The position numbers were made by a program, and so were the translations under genes. A DNA stretch of 64,000 nt from an uncultured Pirellulales bacterium (GTDB lineage: Bacteria; Planctomycetota; Phycisphaerae; Sedimentisphaerales; Anaerobacaceae). The DNA lies in assembly GCA_964581905.1 (NCBI GenBank), contig CAZOQJ010000001.1:21653-85652 (forward strand). The letters are read 5' to 3'. A model generated the notes under the pieces. That model ran no database searches, was not told the DNA's origin, and was given only the letters and a program-made list of their open reading frames with translations. Position 1 is the first letter of the stretch, and the number at the start of each line of letters is the position of its first letter. Positions 1-9,605 of the stretch are shown in pieces.

Positions 1-137
1 ATTATTGATGTAGCTATGGGTTAGGAAATGGTTCGACCCCCGCAGCTTTCTGCGAAAGCAGAAGCGGTGGAGCGAAGTCGAAGGATTGATGGTTGGATTT
101 GTATTTTATAAGCCCAAATTCACGGGAGAAATGAATT

Positions 138-926
138 ATGTTTAGAGCTTTTTCTACTTCAGCTACGGGTATGGATGCCCAGCAAAAGATGGTCAACGTA
201 ACAGCCAATAACATCGCCAACATCAATACGACTGGTTTTAAGCGTGGCCGACTTGATTTCCAGGACCTGGTTTATACGATGGTCAGAGAAGCCGGCACAG
301 AAGTATCCTCCGGTATAAAATCTCCGGTAGGTCTGGAAATAGGTAGTGGTGTCAGGGCTGCATCTACAGTAAAAGTTTTTAGTCCCGGCGAGCTTGACAG
401 TACCGGACGAAAACTGGATATAGCAATCAATGGGGACGGCTTTATTCAGGTTAGCATGCCGGATGGCAGCATAAAATATACCCGGGATGGTGCTTTACAA
501 GTAAACGCTAATGGTCAAATAGTTACTCTGGGCGGTTACAACGTAGAGCCTGCCATTAGTGTCCCAGTGGATGCTGTATCCGTCGATATTGAAAAAGATG
601 GAGGTGTCAATGTTACCACGTCTACGGGGACTCAATCGGTTGTAGGTACTATTCAATTGGCTCGCTTTCCTAACCCGTCGGGTCTCTCCAGCGAGGGAGA
701 TAATCTTTATGCACAGACCGAAGCAAGCGGTACGCCCACAACAGGCACACCGGGGGAAAGCGGCTTTGGGGCTATACAGGCGGGGTTTTTGGAAAAATCC
801 AATGTTCAAATGATAACCGAACTTGTAAATCTCATAACTGCACAGCGAGCGTACGAAGTGAACTCTCGTGCAATAAGAGCTGCTGACGAGATGCTGAGAC
901 AGGCAATCCAAATGGCAAGATTCTAA
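138..926 (+). CDS. flgG: flagellar basal-body distal rod protein FlgG
   Basis: 262-aa ORF. N-terminal rod-family motif VTANNIANINTTGFK and C-terminal LEKSNV..LITAQRAYEVNSRAI. GGGAGA RBS just upstream. Confidence 0.93.
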   Translation: MFRAFSTSATGMDAQQKMVNVTANNIANINTTGFKRGRLDFQDLVYTMVREAGTEVSSGIKSPVGLEIGSGVRAASTVKVFSPGELDSTGRKLDIAINGDGFIQVSMPDGSIKYTRDGALQVNANGQIVTLGGYNVEPAISVPVDAVSVDIEKDGGVNVTTSTGTQSVVGTIQLARFPNPSGLSSEGDNLYAQTEASGTPTTGTPGESGFGAIQAGFLEKSNVQMITELVNLITAQRAYEVNSRAIRAADEMLRQAIQMARF

Positions 927-940
927 AATAAGAGGCCACT

Positions 941-1924
941 ATGAATATTAAGACAATGGGCATTATTGTAATTACCTGTTTATGGACTTGGCCATCCCTA
1001 ACGGGACAGGCGTCCGAGGGGAAAGATTCTGTTCTACAGATTTACTTGCCGAGAGAGGTTACAATCAACAGTGATACTCCAGAACTTGGCCAGGTGGGTA
1101 TTGTCCGGGGTGAAGAATCTTTAGCAGCTAAGGCGGGCAAGATTACCTTAGGGCGAATTTCATTACCGGGCCAGAAAATCACACTTGACAGGCACGCAGT
1201 ACTTAGCAGATTGGCCTGCAATGGAATCCCTTTATCAAAAGTCATATTAACCGGTGCTGAAAGGGTAGCGGTTATGCGAGAGCATCAGGTTATCAAAGGG
1301 AGCAGATTTGTTGAGACGGCTTTGAGTTTTGTGAAAAAAAATCCGCCTGATGATTCGGTTTGCGGATTTAGCCTGGTAGGTACACCTGAAGATTTGGTCC
1401 TGCCTGGGCTAAGTCAGGATATCAATTTGGCGCCTTGCTTTGGCAAAGGCGGTGACAAAAACCTGGTTAAAGTTCGGGTAGCTGTTTTTTCCGGTGATGA
1501 AGAAGTAGGGATGTGTGAAGTAATCTTCCGTTTGAAATACACCAGCCGCAGAGCTGTAACGGTAGTTGATATTCCACGAGGTGCAGTTATTAACACTGAG
1601 AACGTGAAGGTGGAGGAGACTACATCGAACTATATAGAGCCTGATAATTGGACAGTTCCTTACGGCCTTATTACGAAGCGTCGGTTGCGCTCTAATACTG
1701 TGATTCGCTCGGAGATGGTAGGGTATCCTGAGCCGCCGGTTGTGCTTAAACGCAACCAGAATGTTGTCATTAAAATTGATACGTTGGGGCTTCTTGTTAC
1801 GGCTAACGGCAAGGCCGTCCAGGATGGTAGAGTTGGTGAATGTGTAAGAGTGCGGAATGTGGACTCACAGCGAATAATTATGGCTAAAGTTAATGAAGAT
1901 GGAACAGTGGAACCTGTTTTTTAA
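941..1924 (+). CDS. flgA: flagellar P-ring assembly chaperone FlgA
   Basis: 327-aa ORF with a signal-peptide-like N-terminus. C-terminal SAF-type segment GECVRVRNVDSQRIIMAKVNEDGTVEP is typical of FlgA. Position between flgG and flgH fits. Confidence 0.8.
   Translation: MNIKTMGIIVITCLWTWPSLTGQASEGKDSVLQIYLPREVTINSDTPELGQVGIVRGEESLAAKAGKITLGRISLPGQKITLDRHAVLSRLACNGIPLSKVILTGAERVAVMREHQVIKGSRFVETALSFVKKNPPDDSVCGFSLVGTPEDLVLPGLSQDINLAPCFGKGGDKNLVKVRVAVFSGDEEVGMCEVIFRLKYTSRRAVTVVDIPRGAVINTENVKVEETTSNYIEPDNWTVPYGLITKRRLRSNTVIRSEMVGYPEPPVVLKRNQNVVIKIDTLGLLVTANGKAVQDGRVGECVRVRNVDSQRIIMAKVNEDGTVEPVF
979..1007 (+). repeat. 29-nt repeat TTTATGGACTTGGCCATCCCTRACGGGAC (copy A, inside the flgA signal-peptide codons)
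   Basis: 28/29 identity, same orientation, with 35232..35260. Shorter related copies at 31554..31573 (+), 40391..40404 (inverted) and 47878..47893 (degenerate). Confidence 0.85.
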
Positions 1925-1937
1925 AGAAGGACAGACA

Positions 1938-2567
1938 ATGAGTAATAAAATAATTTCAATATTGGCTCTAACACTTTTTTTACTTTGCTCAGCCGGGCGT
2001 TTACAAGCAAGCTCTATCTGGGCCAGGCGTGGCGCGAATATGAGGCAGTTGTATGCCGACGATGTGGCACGCCAGATAGGTGATATTCTGACCGTCGAAA
2101 TCTCCGAAGCCAGCAAGGTGGATAACAAGGCAACAAGAGACATGAAAAAGGAGACCAGCCGTTCAACCGCCTTTGATGGGGAGTTGGGGATTACAACGCC
2201 GAACCATAATATTTTGCCGAGAATACCCGGCTTTACCATGTCCGCCGAATCCAGTAACGAGTTAAAAGGTAAAGCCGATTACAAAGATGAACGCAGCTTC
2301 GTCGATTGTGTCACCGTGGTCGTTGAGGATATCCTGCCGAACGGCAATCTTGTTGTTATAGGAAGCCGCAGCCGTAATATTGCCGGTGACAGACAAATCA
2401 TTGAAGTGAGCGGCATAGTCAGGCCAAGTGATATTGCATTTGATAATACAGTAAAAAGTGAGCAGGTCGCAAACTTCTGTATTGTCACGAAGCTTGGAGG
2501 TGTTTCAGAACCTTATAACAGGCCAGGGTGGCTGGGGAAAGTATTTGATATTATTTGGCCGTTTTAG
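1938..2567 (+). CDS. flgH: flagellar L-ring lipoprotein FlgH
   Basis: The internal ATG at 1938 follows the flgA stop and an AAGGA RBS. It gives a lipoprotein-like leader MSNKIISILALTLFLLCSAG. The FlgH core DDVARQIGDILTVEISE and IIEVSGIVRPSDI is present. Confidence 0.9.
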   Translation: MSNKIISILALTLFLLCSAGRLQASSIWARRGANMRQLYADDVARQIGDILTVEISEASKVDNKATRDMKKETSRSTAFDGELGITTPNHNILPRIPGFTMSAESSNELKGKADYKDERSFVDCVTVVVEDILPNGNLVVIGSRSRNIAGDRQIIEVSGIVRPSDIAFDNTVKSEQVANFCIVTKLGGVSEPYNRPGWLGKVFDIIWPF

Positions 2568-2617
2568 AGTTAGCCGTATTGGAAGCAATAAGCAATTATT
2601 TTTGAGAGTGTAATGGT

Positions 2618-3724
2618 ATGAAATTTCGTTTAGTAATTATATTTTTAGTCCTGCTGAGCACAGTTGAAGTGGGACAATGTGAGCGGATAAAGGATATTGT
2701 GGGTATTCAGGGTGTTCGGAGCAACCCACTTAGCGGCATCGGACTGGTTATAGGATTGGCCGGCACCGGTGACAGCACTTTGCCGTCGCAACAAATGCTG
2801 ACGAATATCCTGAGAGATTCAGGGTTGGTACTTTCTCCTGATGACTTGACCGGCGGCAATATCGCCATCGTTATGGTAACTGCGGAGTTAGGCCCTTTTG
2901 CTCGGGAGGGTTCGCGTATTGATGTTGACGTTTCTTCCATAGGAGATGCCAAAAGCCTCCAGGGTGGAATGCTCCTGTCTACACCGCTAAAAGGGCTTGA
3001 TGGACAGATTTATGCAGTGGCCCACGGCGGAGTTTTCATTGGTGGATGGTCCGCATCAGGTAATCAGGCCTCCATTACGAAGAACCATCAGACGGTTGGT
3101 CGAATACCCGATGGGGCCATTGTTGAAAAATCAGAACTTGCCACTTTTGTTGAATATGCTGCTGGTCAGAGATTTGTGACGCTTAATCTCAGAAACAACG
3201 ATTTTTCAACCGCTGAGCGTATCAGCAAGGCCATAAACCAAAATCATCCGAATAGTGCGGTAGTTGTTGATGCCGGCACTATCAATGTTAAAGTTCCTAA
3301 TCAAATTAACCAGACAGGTATCGTAGGTTTTATCGTAGATATTACACAACTCGAAGTAACTGTTGATGTCCCTGCGGTGGTGGTTATTAACGAACGCACA
3401 GGCACCATTGTAGTTGGAGAGAATGTCGGTATATCTACAGTGGCGATTTCCCAGGGCAGCCTGGTCGTAAAAATCAGAGAAACTGCAAGAGTTTCTCAGC
3501 CGACCGCACCTTTCTCAGATGCAGGCCAAACAGTAACAGTGCCGGAAACCGAGATGGGAATTGAAGAGAAAGATGGTTATCTGGTTCCAGTGCTAAAAGT
3601 AGTAACTGTTTCAGAGTTAGCTAAGGCACTCAATGCCATAGGAGCGACACCGCGAGACCTTATAGCAATATTCAATGCCTTGAAAAAAGCCGGGGCCCTT
3701 CAGGCCAGGCTGGAAATAATGTAA
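2618..3724 (+). CDS. flgI: flagellar P-ring protein FlgI
   Basis: 368-aa ORF with a signal peptide. FlgI motifs include RIKDIVGIQGVRSNPLSGIGLVIGLAGTGD and C-terminal LNAIGATPRDLIAIFNALKKAGALQARLEIM. Confidence 0.95.
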   Translation: MKFRLVIIFLVLLSTVEVGQCERIKDIVGIQGVRSNPLSGIGLVIGLAGTGDSTLPSQQMLTNILRDSGLVLSPDDLTGGNIAIVMVTAELGPFAREGSRIDVDVSSIGDAKSLQGGMLLSTPLKGLDGQIYAVAHGGVFIGGWSASGNQASITKNHQTVGRIPDGAIVEKSELATFVEYAAGQRFVTLNLRNNDFSTAERISKAINQNHPNSAVVVDAGTINVKVPNQINQTGIVGFIVDITQLEVTVDVPAVVVINERTGTIVVGENVGISTVAISQGSLVVKIRETARVSQPTAPFSDAGQTVTVPETEMGIEEKDGYLVPVLKVVTVSELAKALNAIGATPRDLIAIFNALKKAGALQARLEIM

Positions 3725-3734
3725 GGCCGATTTT

Positions 3735-4079
3735 ATGGACAGCGCCCAATCGATATTAACTGAAATCGTACCACCGACGGTACAGATGGGGCATTTAAAT
3801 AAATTCGACGCTGTCCGGGAAGGGAAAAAGGAGCAGTCTGCCAAAGATTTTGAATCAGTATTTATATATAAGCTGTTGGAAGAAATGAAAAATACTATCG
3901 GTGATTGGGGCCTGGAAAAAGATGAAGCTTCCAGGCAAGTTCAGGGAATATTTTGGTTATACCTGGCTCGTGATATTGCTGACAACGGCGGCTTTGGTCT
4001 GTGGAAGGATGTATATCAGCTTATGACCGACTCAGACAAAAAAAGTGCAGTGGCAGAGTTATTAGAAGAGAGTAAATGA
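3735..4079 (+). CDS. flgJ: FlgJ-like rod-binding protein (rod-binding domain only, no muramidase domain)
   Basis: 114 aa. Rod_binding-type motif FESVFIYKLLEEMKNT ... GGFGLWKDVYQ. Sits between flgI and flgK. Confidence 0.75.
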   Translation: MDSAQSILTEIVPPTVQMGHLNKFDAVREGKKEQSAKDFESVFIYKLLEEMKNTIGDWGLEKDEASRQVQGIFWLYLARDIADNGGFGLWKDVYQLMTDSDKKSAVAELLEESK

Positions 4080-4660
4080 AAACAACGGCGATTGAAATAG
4101 AAGACAGAGTTGACCCCGTTAGAGACCCACGATTAGAAGACTCAGGTTTTCAAGAAAAAATCTCTAACGGGGTTGAGGAGTTGTTAGCTGTTCTTGACGG
4201 AGATATCCAGCACATACAGGAAAGTCTGTCAAGGTTGAACGAACTGCGCAGCCTGGTTGTCAAGCATGATAATACGACTTTGGGCAAACTGCTTGAGAGC
4301 ATCCAAACTGAGTCAGACAGTTACAAATACAATGAATTAAAACGGCAGTCGGTACGAAGAGAATTAGCAACAGCTTTTGGCTGCGGTCTTGAGCAAATGA
4401 CTTTGTCGATGCTCGAAGCTGAACTGACTGGAGAGAAGAAAGCTCAAGTAGCCGAGAAAAAGGCGATGCTAAGATTGTTGACAGACCAGCTTAAGAAGGA
4501 ACATCTAAGCACGTCGCTGCTTTTATCAGATTGTGTCAGATTTAACAATGTGCTTTTAAAGAGTATTTTCGAGCTCTGCAAGACAGACACAATCACATAC
4601 GATTCCAATGGGTTTACCAAACGTCAGGCTGATAGTGGATTTGTAAATTTGCGGTTTTAA
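4076..4660 (+). CDS. FlgN-like export chaperone candidate (helical protein)
   Basis: 194-aa helical, Leu/Glu-rich ORF. Its start overlaps the flgJ stop (ATGA) and it lies directly upstream of flgK-flgL, the usual FlgN clients. The call rests on position and composition only. Confidence 0.4.
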   Translation: MKTTAIEIEDRVDPVRDPRLEDSGFQEKISNGVEELLAVLDGDIQHIQESLSRLNELRSLVVKHDNTTLGKLLESIQTESDSYKYNELKRQSVRRELATAFGCGLEQMTLSMLEAELTGEKKAQVAEKKAMLRLLTDQLKKEHLSTSLLLSDCVRFNNVLLKSIFELCKTDTITYDSNGFTKRQADSGFVNLRF

Positions 4661-4673
4661 ACGGATTTAAGAA

Positions 4674-6668
4674 ATGTCGAATTACTCCATAGGCATAAGC
4701 GGCCTCGATGCAGCTCAAAAAGCCATTGACATAATTGGCAACAATATTGCCAATGCGGCTACGGAAGGTTACCACCGTCAGAAAATAGAACTAAGTCCTG
4801 CTTACTCATCGCAGGAAGGTTCGATTTTGCTTGGAGGAGGTGTTGACATCGCCAGTGTTACCAGAATAATTGATGCTCTCTTAGGGCGGGAGATACTCCG
4901 ACAGCAGTCCTCATTGGGACAGGTTTCACAGGAACTTACCAGCCTGCAGACAATTGAGAATGTATTTGGAGAGCTTTCAGCAGAAGATAAGGGTCTGAAT
5001 GCGGCAATGGATAAGTTTTTCAGTGCGTTGCAGGACCTAAGCGTTTATCCCGCTGAAATCATTTGGCAAAATCAGGCTGTGAGTGATGCGCAGGCAATGA
5101 CCAGTCAGTTTAGGACATTAGGAGAATTTCTGGGCAATTTAGAGACACAAATTAGATTAGATGCTGAAAACACTATTGAGTCTGTCAATGTGCTTACAAA
5201 CCAAATCGCTGAACTCAACGAAAACATACAAAGAGTGGAGATAGGTGGGGGACAGGCCAACAGCCTGCGAGACCAAAGAGACCGCTGCATATCGAAATTG
5301 TCTGAGCTGGTTGGCCTCCAAACTCAAAACAGAGAATTTGGCGTAGTTGATGTAATCGTCGCGGGAATACAGGTGGTGGCGAACGATTCTGTTGTCGAAC
5401 TGGAGGTGGGTACGGATGAAAATACCAGTTTAGGTCTTTCAATTGTTGGTGCATCTAATTATTCAACCGATGTTCAAGGCGGGAAGCTTGGGGCATTGCT
5501 GTCGTTGGAAAATGAGATAGTTCTTGATATTCGTGATAAGCTGGACTCTTTGGCAGGGGCGATAGTCAATCAGATAAATCAACTCCATGTTCAGGGATTG
5601 GGTTCGGCGGGTTCTTTTACCGAGTTGACCGGCTGGACGATGACAAGTGAAGATTTGGCGGATTTTGTTCCTGCTGTAACCGATGGTGAGCTATATATAA
5701 GAATTACCAACACCAGCACCGGAGCGATAACCAGAGAACAAATCACTATTGACGCCGATGCAGGGGGAGATTCTCTAACCACGGTAGCTGCGAAAATTAA
5801 TGCAATTTCGGGCTCACCACTTACTGCTTCCGTGAATTCTTCGAATCAGCTGACTATCACAGCCAACACGGACTATAAATTTGATTTTTTGCCTGCAGTA
5901 CTGCCGGAACCTGAAGCTGCTGATATTAGTTTTAGCGGGTCGTCAGACCCGACGGTAAGTGTATCAGGTATTTACACGGGCAGCTCAAACGACACTTTAA
6001 CGTTCACGGTCACTGGTACTGCGGACAACGATATTGGAAATGGCGATATCAGTCTCCTGGTAACTGACGGTGTGGGAGATACGATTGCTACTCTCAATAT
6101 TGGTTTGGACTATGCATCTGGTGATAGGATTAAGGTTGGTAATACCGGTATCTGGGTATCTCTTGGTATGGGTGATTTGGCTATTGACGATTATTTCGAA
6201 GTAGATGTTTTTGCCGATTCAGATACTTCCGGGTTGTTGTCAGCAACTGGACTGAACTGTTTTTTTTCCGGCACCAGTGCCAATGATATATCAGTTTGTT
6301 CGGATATAGTTACTACACCTGCGAGGATAGCGACGTGCCTGGGTGCAGATACGACCGACAACACCAACGTTATGCGGATGGCGGATGTAAAAGAAACGGC
6401 TGTGAGCACTCTGGACTCTTCGACTTGTGGAGATTTTTATCGCCGATTGGTTACCAGCATTGGTCAACAACTCTCAGTCAGGCAGATGCGTCAGGACAAC
6501 ATTGAGGTTATGATGCTAAGCCTCACGAATCAACAAAACGATATAAGTGGTGTTGACATCAATGAAGAAGCGACCCAGCTGTTGGTGTTCGAGCAGATGT
6601 TTCAGGCAATGGCGAGGTATGTGAATACGGTTAAAGAATCGAATGACACCATTATACAGCTAATATAA
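4674..6668 (+). CDS. flgK: flagellar hook-associated protein 1 FlgK
   Basis: 664 aa. N-terminus GISGLDAAQKAIDIIGNNIANAATEGYHRQ and C-terminus GVDINEEATQLLVFEQMFQAMARYVNTV are typical of FlgK. Confidence 0.9.
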   Translation: MSNYSIGISGLDAAQKAIDIIGNNIANAATEGYHRQKIELSPAYSSQEGSILLGGGVDIASVTRIIDALLGREILRQQSSLGQVSQELTSLQTIENVFGELSAEDKGLNAAMDKFFSALQDLSVYPAEIIWQNQAVSDAQAMTSQFRTLGEFLGNLETQIRLDAENTIESVNVLTNQIAELNENIQRVEIGGGQANSLRDQRDRCISKLSELVGLQTQNREFGVVDVIVAGIQVVANDSVVELEVGTDENTSLGLSIVGASNYSTDVQGGKLGALLSLENEIVLDIRDKLDSLAGAIVNQINQLHVQGLGSAGSFTELTGWTMTSEDLADFVPAVTDGELYIRITNTSTGAITREQITIDADAGGDSLTTVAAKINAISGSPLTASVNSSNQLTITANTDYKFDFLPAVLPEPEAADISFSGSSDPTVSVSGIYTGSSNDTLTFTVTGTADNDIGNGDISLLVTDGVGDTIATLNIGLDYASGDRIKVGNTGIWVSLGMGDLAIDDYFEVDVFADSDTSGLLSATGLNCFFSGTSANDISVCSDIVTTPARIATCLGADTTDNTNVMRMADVKETAVSTLDSSTCGDFYRRLVTSIGQQLSVRQMRQDNIEVMMLSLTNQQNDISGVDINEEATQLLVFEQMFQAMARYVNTVKESNDTIIQLI

Positions 6669-6696
6669 TTATCTGAGTTTATATCAAAGGTTTAAA

Positions 6697-7887
6697 ATGG
6701 GTGGAACGCTGTTAAACATTTACAGTAATGTCGGTTTTGCCTTGAACCTGCAAGCTGAAATGATGGCTCGACTTCAGGAGCAAGTATCTACCGGCTCACG
6801 GATAAATCGGGCTTCTGACGACCCCTCTGCAGCCTATCGAGTTTTAGGATTAAACTCTGAGAAGAGACTGCTGGAGAATTATGTGGACAATATGCTACAA
6901 GTCAGTAGCACACTGGAGATTTCATACAACATTATTGAGGAGATTACATCAGCTATTTCTAAAGAAAAAGTACATCTGACACAAATTGTCAGCAGTACCT
7001 ATTCAGATCAAGGGAGAAACCAGCTTGCTGAAGAAATGAATGATGTGTTGGAGCAGGTGCTTGTATTAGCTAACACCAGACACATGAACCAATATCTTTT
7101 TGGAGGGAGCAACACGGGCTCTGCACCATATGTTGCTCAGCGCAGCAATGGAGAAATTAGCAGCGTAACTTACGAGGGGGACTTTGATGGTCGGCATGTA
7201 GAAGTGGCCCCCGGCATGGAATCCAATATTTATTCTGTGGGTGATAGCATCTTTCGCCTTGACAGTCGTGGTACCCCTATCTTTTTTGGCGATACGGGTG
7301 CGGCAGCCGGCGTAGCGACATCAAGCGTTCGGGGATACGTCTGGCTGACGGTAACTTATAATGAATCAAGCGGTCAATATGAACTTTCTATCGATGGGGG
7401 GGCCAGTACTGTAGCTGTGGCGGGAGATACCTCCAACCTGGCTGTGACAGATTCTCAAACCGGACGAGTTTTGTATGTTGATGGCTCAAATATAACCACC
7501 ACTGGCACCAGTGTGGTTTGTGTGCCGGGGACTTATGATATATTCAATACCCTTATTAGCCTTCGGGATATATTGAGAAATGAAAGCGGTTTTTCCAACG
7601 CTATGATTGAGCAGTTAGTAAATAATTCAATAAGTACATTGAGTGAGTTAGAAGACCGTCTTGTGGAAAAATCCGTTTCTACAGCTTCGAAAGTCGGGTT
7701 TCTGGAGAGCCTTAAGGATACTCTTAGTAATATAAAGTTTAGCGCAGAAGATGAGGCTACAACTCTGCAGCAAGCCGATATTAGCCAAGTTGCCTTAGAT
7801 ATTTCCCGCAGCGAGGTCCTGTACCAAATGTCATTAGCAGTGGCTGGCAAGCTTATGTCTTTGTCACTTCTGGATTTTATTGGATAG
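6697..7887 (+). CDS. flgL: flagellar hook-associated protein 3 FlgL
   Basis: 396 aa. Flagellin-like N-terminus STGSRINRASDDPSAAYRVL and C-terminal helical region. Follows flgK. Confidence 0.85.
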   Translation: MGGTLLNIYSNVGFALNLQAEMMARLQEQVSTGSRINRASDDPSAAYRVLGLNSEKRLLENYVDNMLQVSSTLEISYNIIEEITSAISKEKVHLTQIVSSTYSDQGRNQLAEEMNDVLEQVLVLANTRHMNQYLFGGSNTGSAPYVAQRSNGEISSVTYEGDFDGRHVEVAPGMESNIYSVGDSIFRLDSRGTPIFFGDTGAAAGVATSSVRGYVWLTVTYNESSGQYELSIDGGASTVAVAGDTSNLAVTDSQTGRVLYVDGSNITTTGTSVVCVPGTYDIFNTLISLRDILRNESGFSNAMIEQLVNNSISTLSELEDRLVEKSVSTASKVGFLESLKDTLSNIKFSAEDEATTLQQADISQVALDISRSEVLYQMSLAVAGKLMSLSLLDFIG

Positions 7888-7890
7888 TTA

Positions 7891-7915
7891 CCCCGCCCCT
7901 GCTGCAGGGGCGGGG
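7891..7915 (+). terminator. GC-rich perfect hairpin after flgL (terminator-like)
   Basis: CCCCGCCCCTG-CTG-CAGGGGCGGGG has an 11-bp perfect stem and starts 4 nt after the flgL stop. No clean T-run follows, so intrinsic-terminator function is uncertain. Confidence 0.45.
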
Positions 7916-7989
7916 CACAAATGTTTGATATTTATACAGATTTTATATGGGAAACTACAAAATCGCGGATAAATGTCGGCTGGAGTCGA

Positions 7990-8004
7990 TGGTATAGAAT
8001 TTGC
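7990..8004 (+). promoter_or_regulatory. weak sigma-54-type -24/-12 candidate upstream of the GT island
   Basis: TGGTAT-N5-TTGC has correct GG/GC spacing but two mismatches in the -24 hexamer. About 115 nt upstream of the 8119 start. Confidence 0.3.
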
Positions 8005-8031
8005 TCAATAATGTAATGGTTATGCTATGAC

Positions 8032-8063
8032 CGTCTCGTCGGGGCCGAGCCCGCCGTAGCCCG
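8032..8063 (+). repeat. GC-rich intergenic repeat, family GTCTCG..GCCGTAGCC (copy 1)
   Basis: CGTCTCGTCGGGGCCGAGCCCGCCGTAGCCCG resembles 40311..40349 (same orientation) and 41211..41243 (inverted). Confidence 0.6.
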
Positions 8064-8118
8064 ATTGGCTGTGAGCTTATTAAAGAAATGCTGTGACGGA
8101 AACAAGGAGTAAAAACAG

Positions 8119-9573
8119 ATGATAATGGAGACAAACTCGAATAATTATGAGATAGGTTTGGAATTAGCTGAGGCGGGCAAACACACTGAGGCCCTTGCTT
8201 GTATACAAAAACACCTTCGAACAGCACCTGAAGATGCCCAGGCGTTGAATGATGCGGGGGCAGTTCTTCATTGTCTCGGCCGGTCGGATGAAGCCATCGA
8301 GCATCTTACCAAAGCAAGAAACCTAAGGCCCCATTCAACTGAGATATTGTGGAATCTGTCCGAGACCTACATGGCTGTCGGTAAAGTAAAAGAGGCAACA
8401 ATTCTTTTTGATGATATGCAACGGTTGGGAATATTAAATGCGGATGTACTTAACAGGGCTGCCACAATTTTTTTGAATCGAAACGATAAAGCCAACGCTA
8501 TAGAAATGCTGCTCCGCTCCCAGAAGATATGGTCTGAACAGGAAATCCTTAAGCCGGCACTCGAAGTAATTCGTTTGAAAAGGCCGAGGATAGCCTTCTT
8601 CTGTGGTGGCGACGGGATGACATTTCTTGACAAAATCATCGAGTTTACAAAACGGCGTTTCAATGTACGTGTCTTCGAGGGCCAGACGGAGGATGAACTA
8701 TACGAGCTTATGGTGTGGAGTGATATATCGTGGTTTGAGTGGTGCACTAATCTTGCAGTAGCCGCGTCGAAAAGGCCGAAAATCTGCAAGAACATTATTA
8801 GGCTGCATCGCTACGAAGCTTATGAGCAATGGCCGCAAGAGGTTAACTGGAATAATATCGACACTCTTATAACTGTCGGAAACGACATTACCAAACAAAC
8901 GCTTCTGGGTAAAGTTCCGGACCTTGAAAGTTATACCTCGTTGGTTGCCGTTCCCAATGGGATTGACCTTGGCAAGTTCAAACTGATTGACCGCCGGCAG
9001 GGTAAGAACATCGCCTTTCTGGCTAATTTGAGGATGGTAAAGAATCCCGCCCTTGTATTACAGTGCATGCAAAAGCTCCACTACATCGACCCTGGATACC
9101 ACCTGTTTTTCGCCGGCAGATTTCAAGACCAGGCGCTTGAACAATATTTAAGGCATATGGTTTGTGCTCTTGGGCTTGATGATGTGGTGTTCTTTGATGG
9201 ATGGCAGGAAGACGTAAACTCCTGGTTACAGGACAAACACTATATAGTTTCAACGTCCATTTGTGAAGGACACCCCGTTGGATTGTTAGAGGGTATAGCA
9301 TGCGGCCTGAAGCCGGTTATACACAATTTCACGGGGGCCAAAGATATTTTCCCATCGGAATTCCTGTTTAACATTTCTGAAGAATTCTGTGAGCAAATTC
9401 TTTCCGATAAATACGAGCCCCAAAAGTATCGCAAATTTGTTGAAGAAAAATATTCTCTAAAAAGCCAGTTGAGCAGAATAAACGAGATATTCATCCAATT
9501 CGAAGCTCAGATAGATGGCGAATCATCTTTGGATGCAACCGCTCCGATATTCGAGAGCAATGCTGTGGTGTAA
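8119..9573 (+). CDS. TPR-repeat protein fused to a GT-B (GT1/GT4-like) glycosyltransferase
   Basis: 484 aa with an AAGGAG RBS. N-terminal TPR-like repeats (ALNDAGAVLHCLGRSDEAIEHLTKA). C-terminal GT-B motif STSICEGHPVGLLEGIACGLKPVIHNF. Confidence 0.8.
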   Translation: MIMETNSNNYEIGLELAEAGKHTEALACIQKHLRTAPEDAQALNDAGAVLHCLGRSDEAIEHLTKARNLRPHSTEILWNLSETYMAVGKVKEATILFDDMQRLGILNADVLNRAATIFLNRNDKANAIEMLLRSQKIWSEQEILKPALEVIRLKRPRIAFFCGGDGMTFLDKIIEFTKRRFNVRVFEGQTEDELYELMVWSDISWFEWCTNLAVAASKRPKICKNIIRLHRYEAYEQWPQEVNWNNIDTLITVGNDITKQTLLGKVPDLESYTSLVAVPNGIDLGKFKLIDRRQGKNIAFLANLRMVKNPALVLQCMQKLHYIDPGYHLFFAGRFQDQALEQYLRHMVCALGLDDVVFFDGWQEDVNSWLQDKHYIVSTSICEGHPVGLLEGIACGLKPVIHNFTGAKDIFPSEFLFNISEEFCEQILSDKYEPQKYRKFVEEKYSLKSQLSRINEIFIQFEAQIDGESSLDATAPIFESNAVV

Positions 9574-9605
9574 TATTTGGTCAATAAAAGAGGATTACCA
9601 GTTTT

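Noticed and set aside
1-137. Possible hairpin GCTTTCTGC-GAAA-GCAGAAGC (about 43-66) and the end of an upstream gene before flgG
   Set aside because: The stem is imperfect, there is no T-tract, and the upstream context lies outside the window, so it cannot be interpreted.
1893-1937. Longer upstream starts offered by the ORF track: 1893 flgH, 14005 FkbM, 15110 mega-enzyme, 40359 fliF, 40806 fliE, 49106 fliS, 61617 CPBP
   Set aside because: In each case the extension overlaps the preceding gene or a repeat element and lacks an RBS. An internal ATG just after the upstream stop has a good RBS and gives a canonical family N-terminus.
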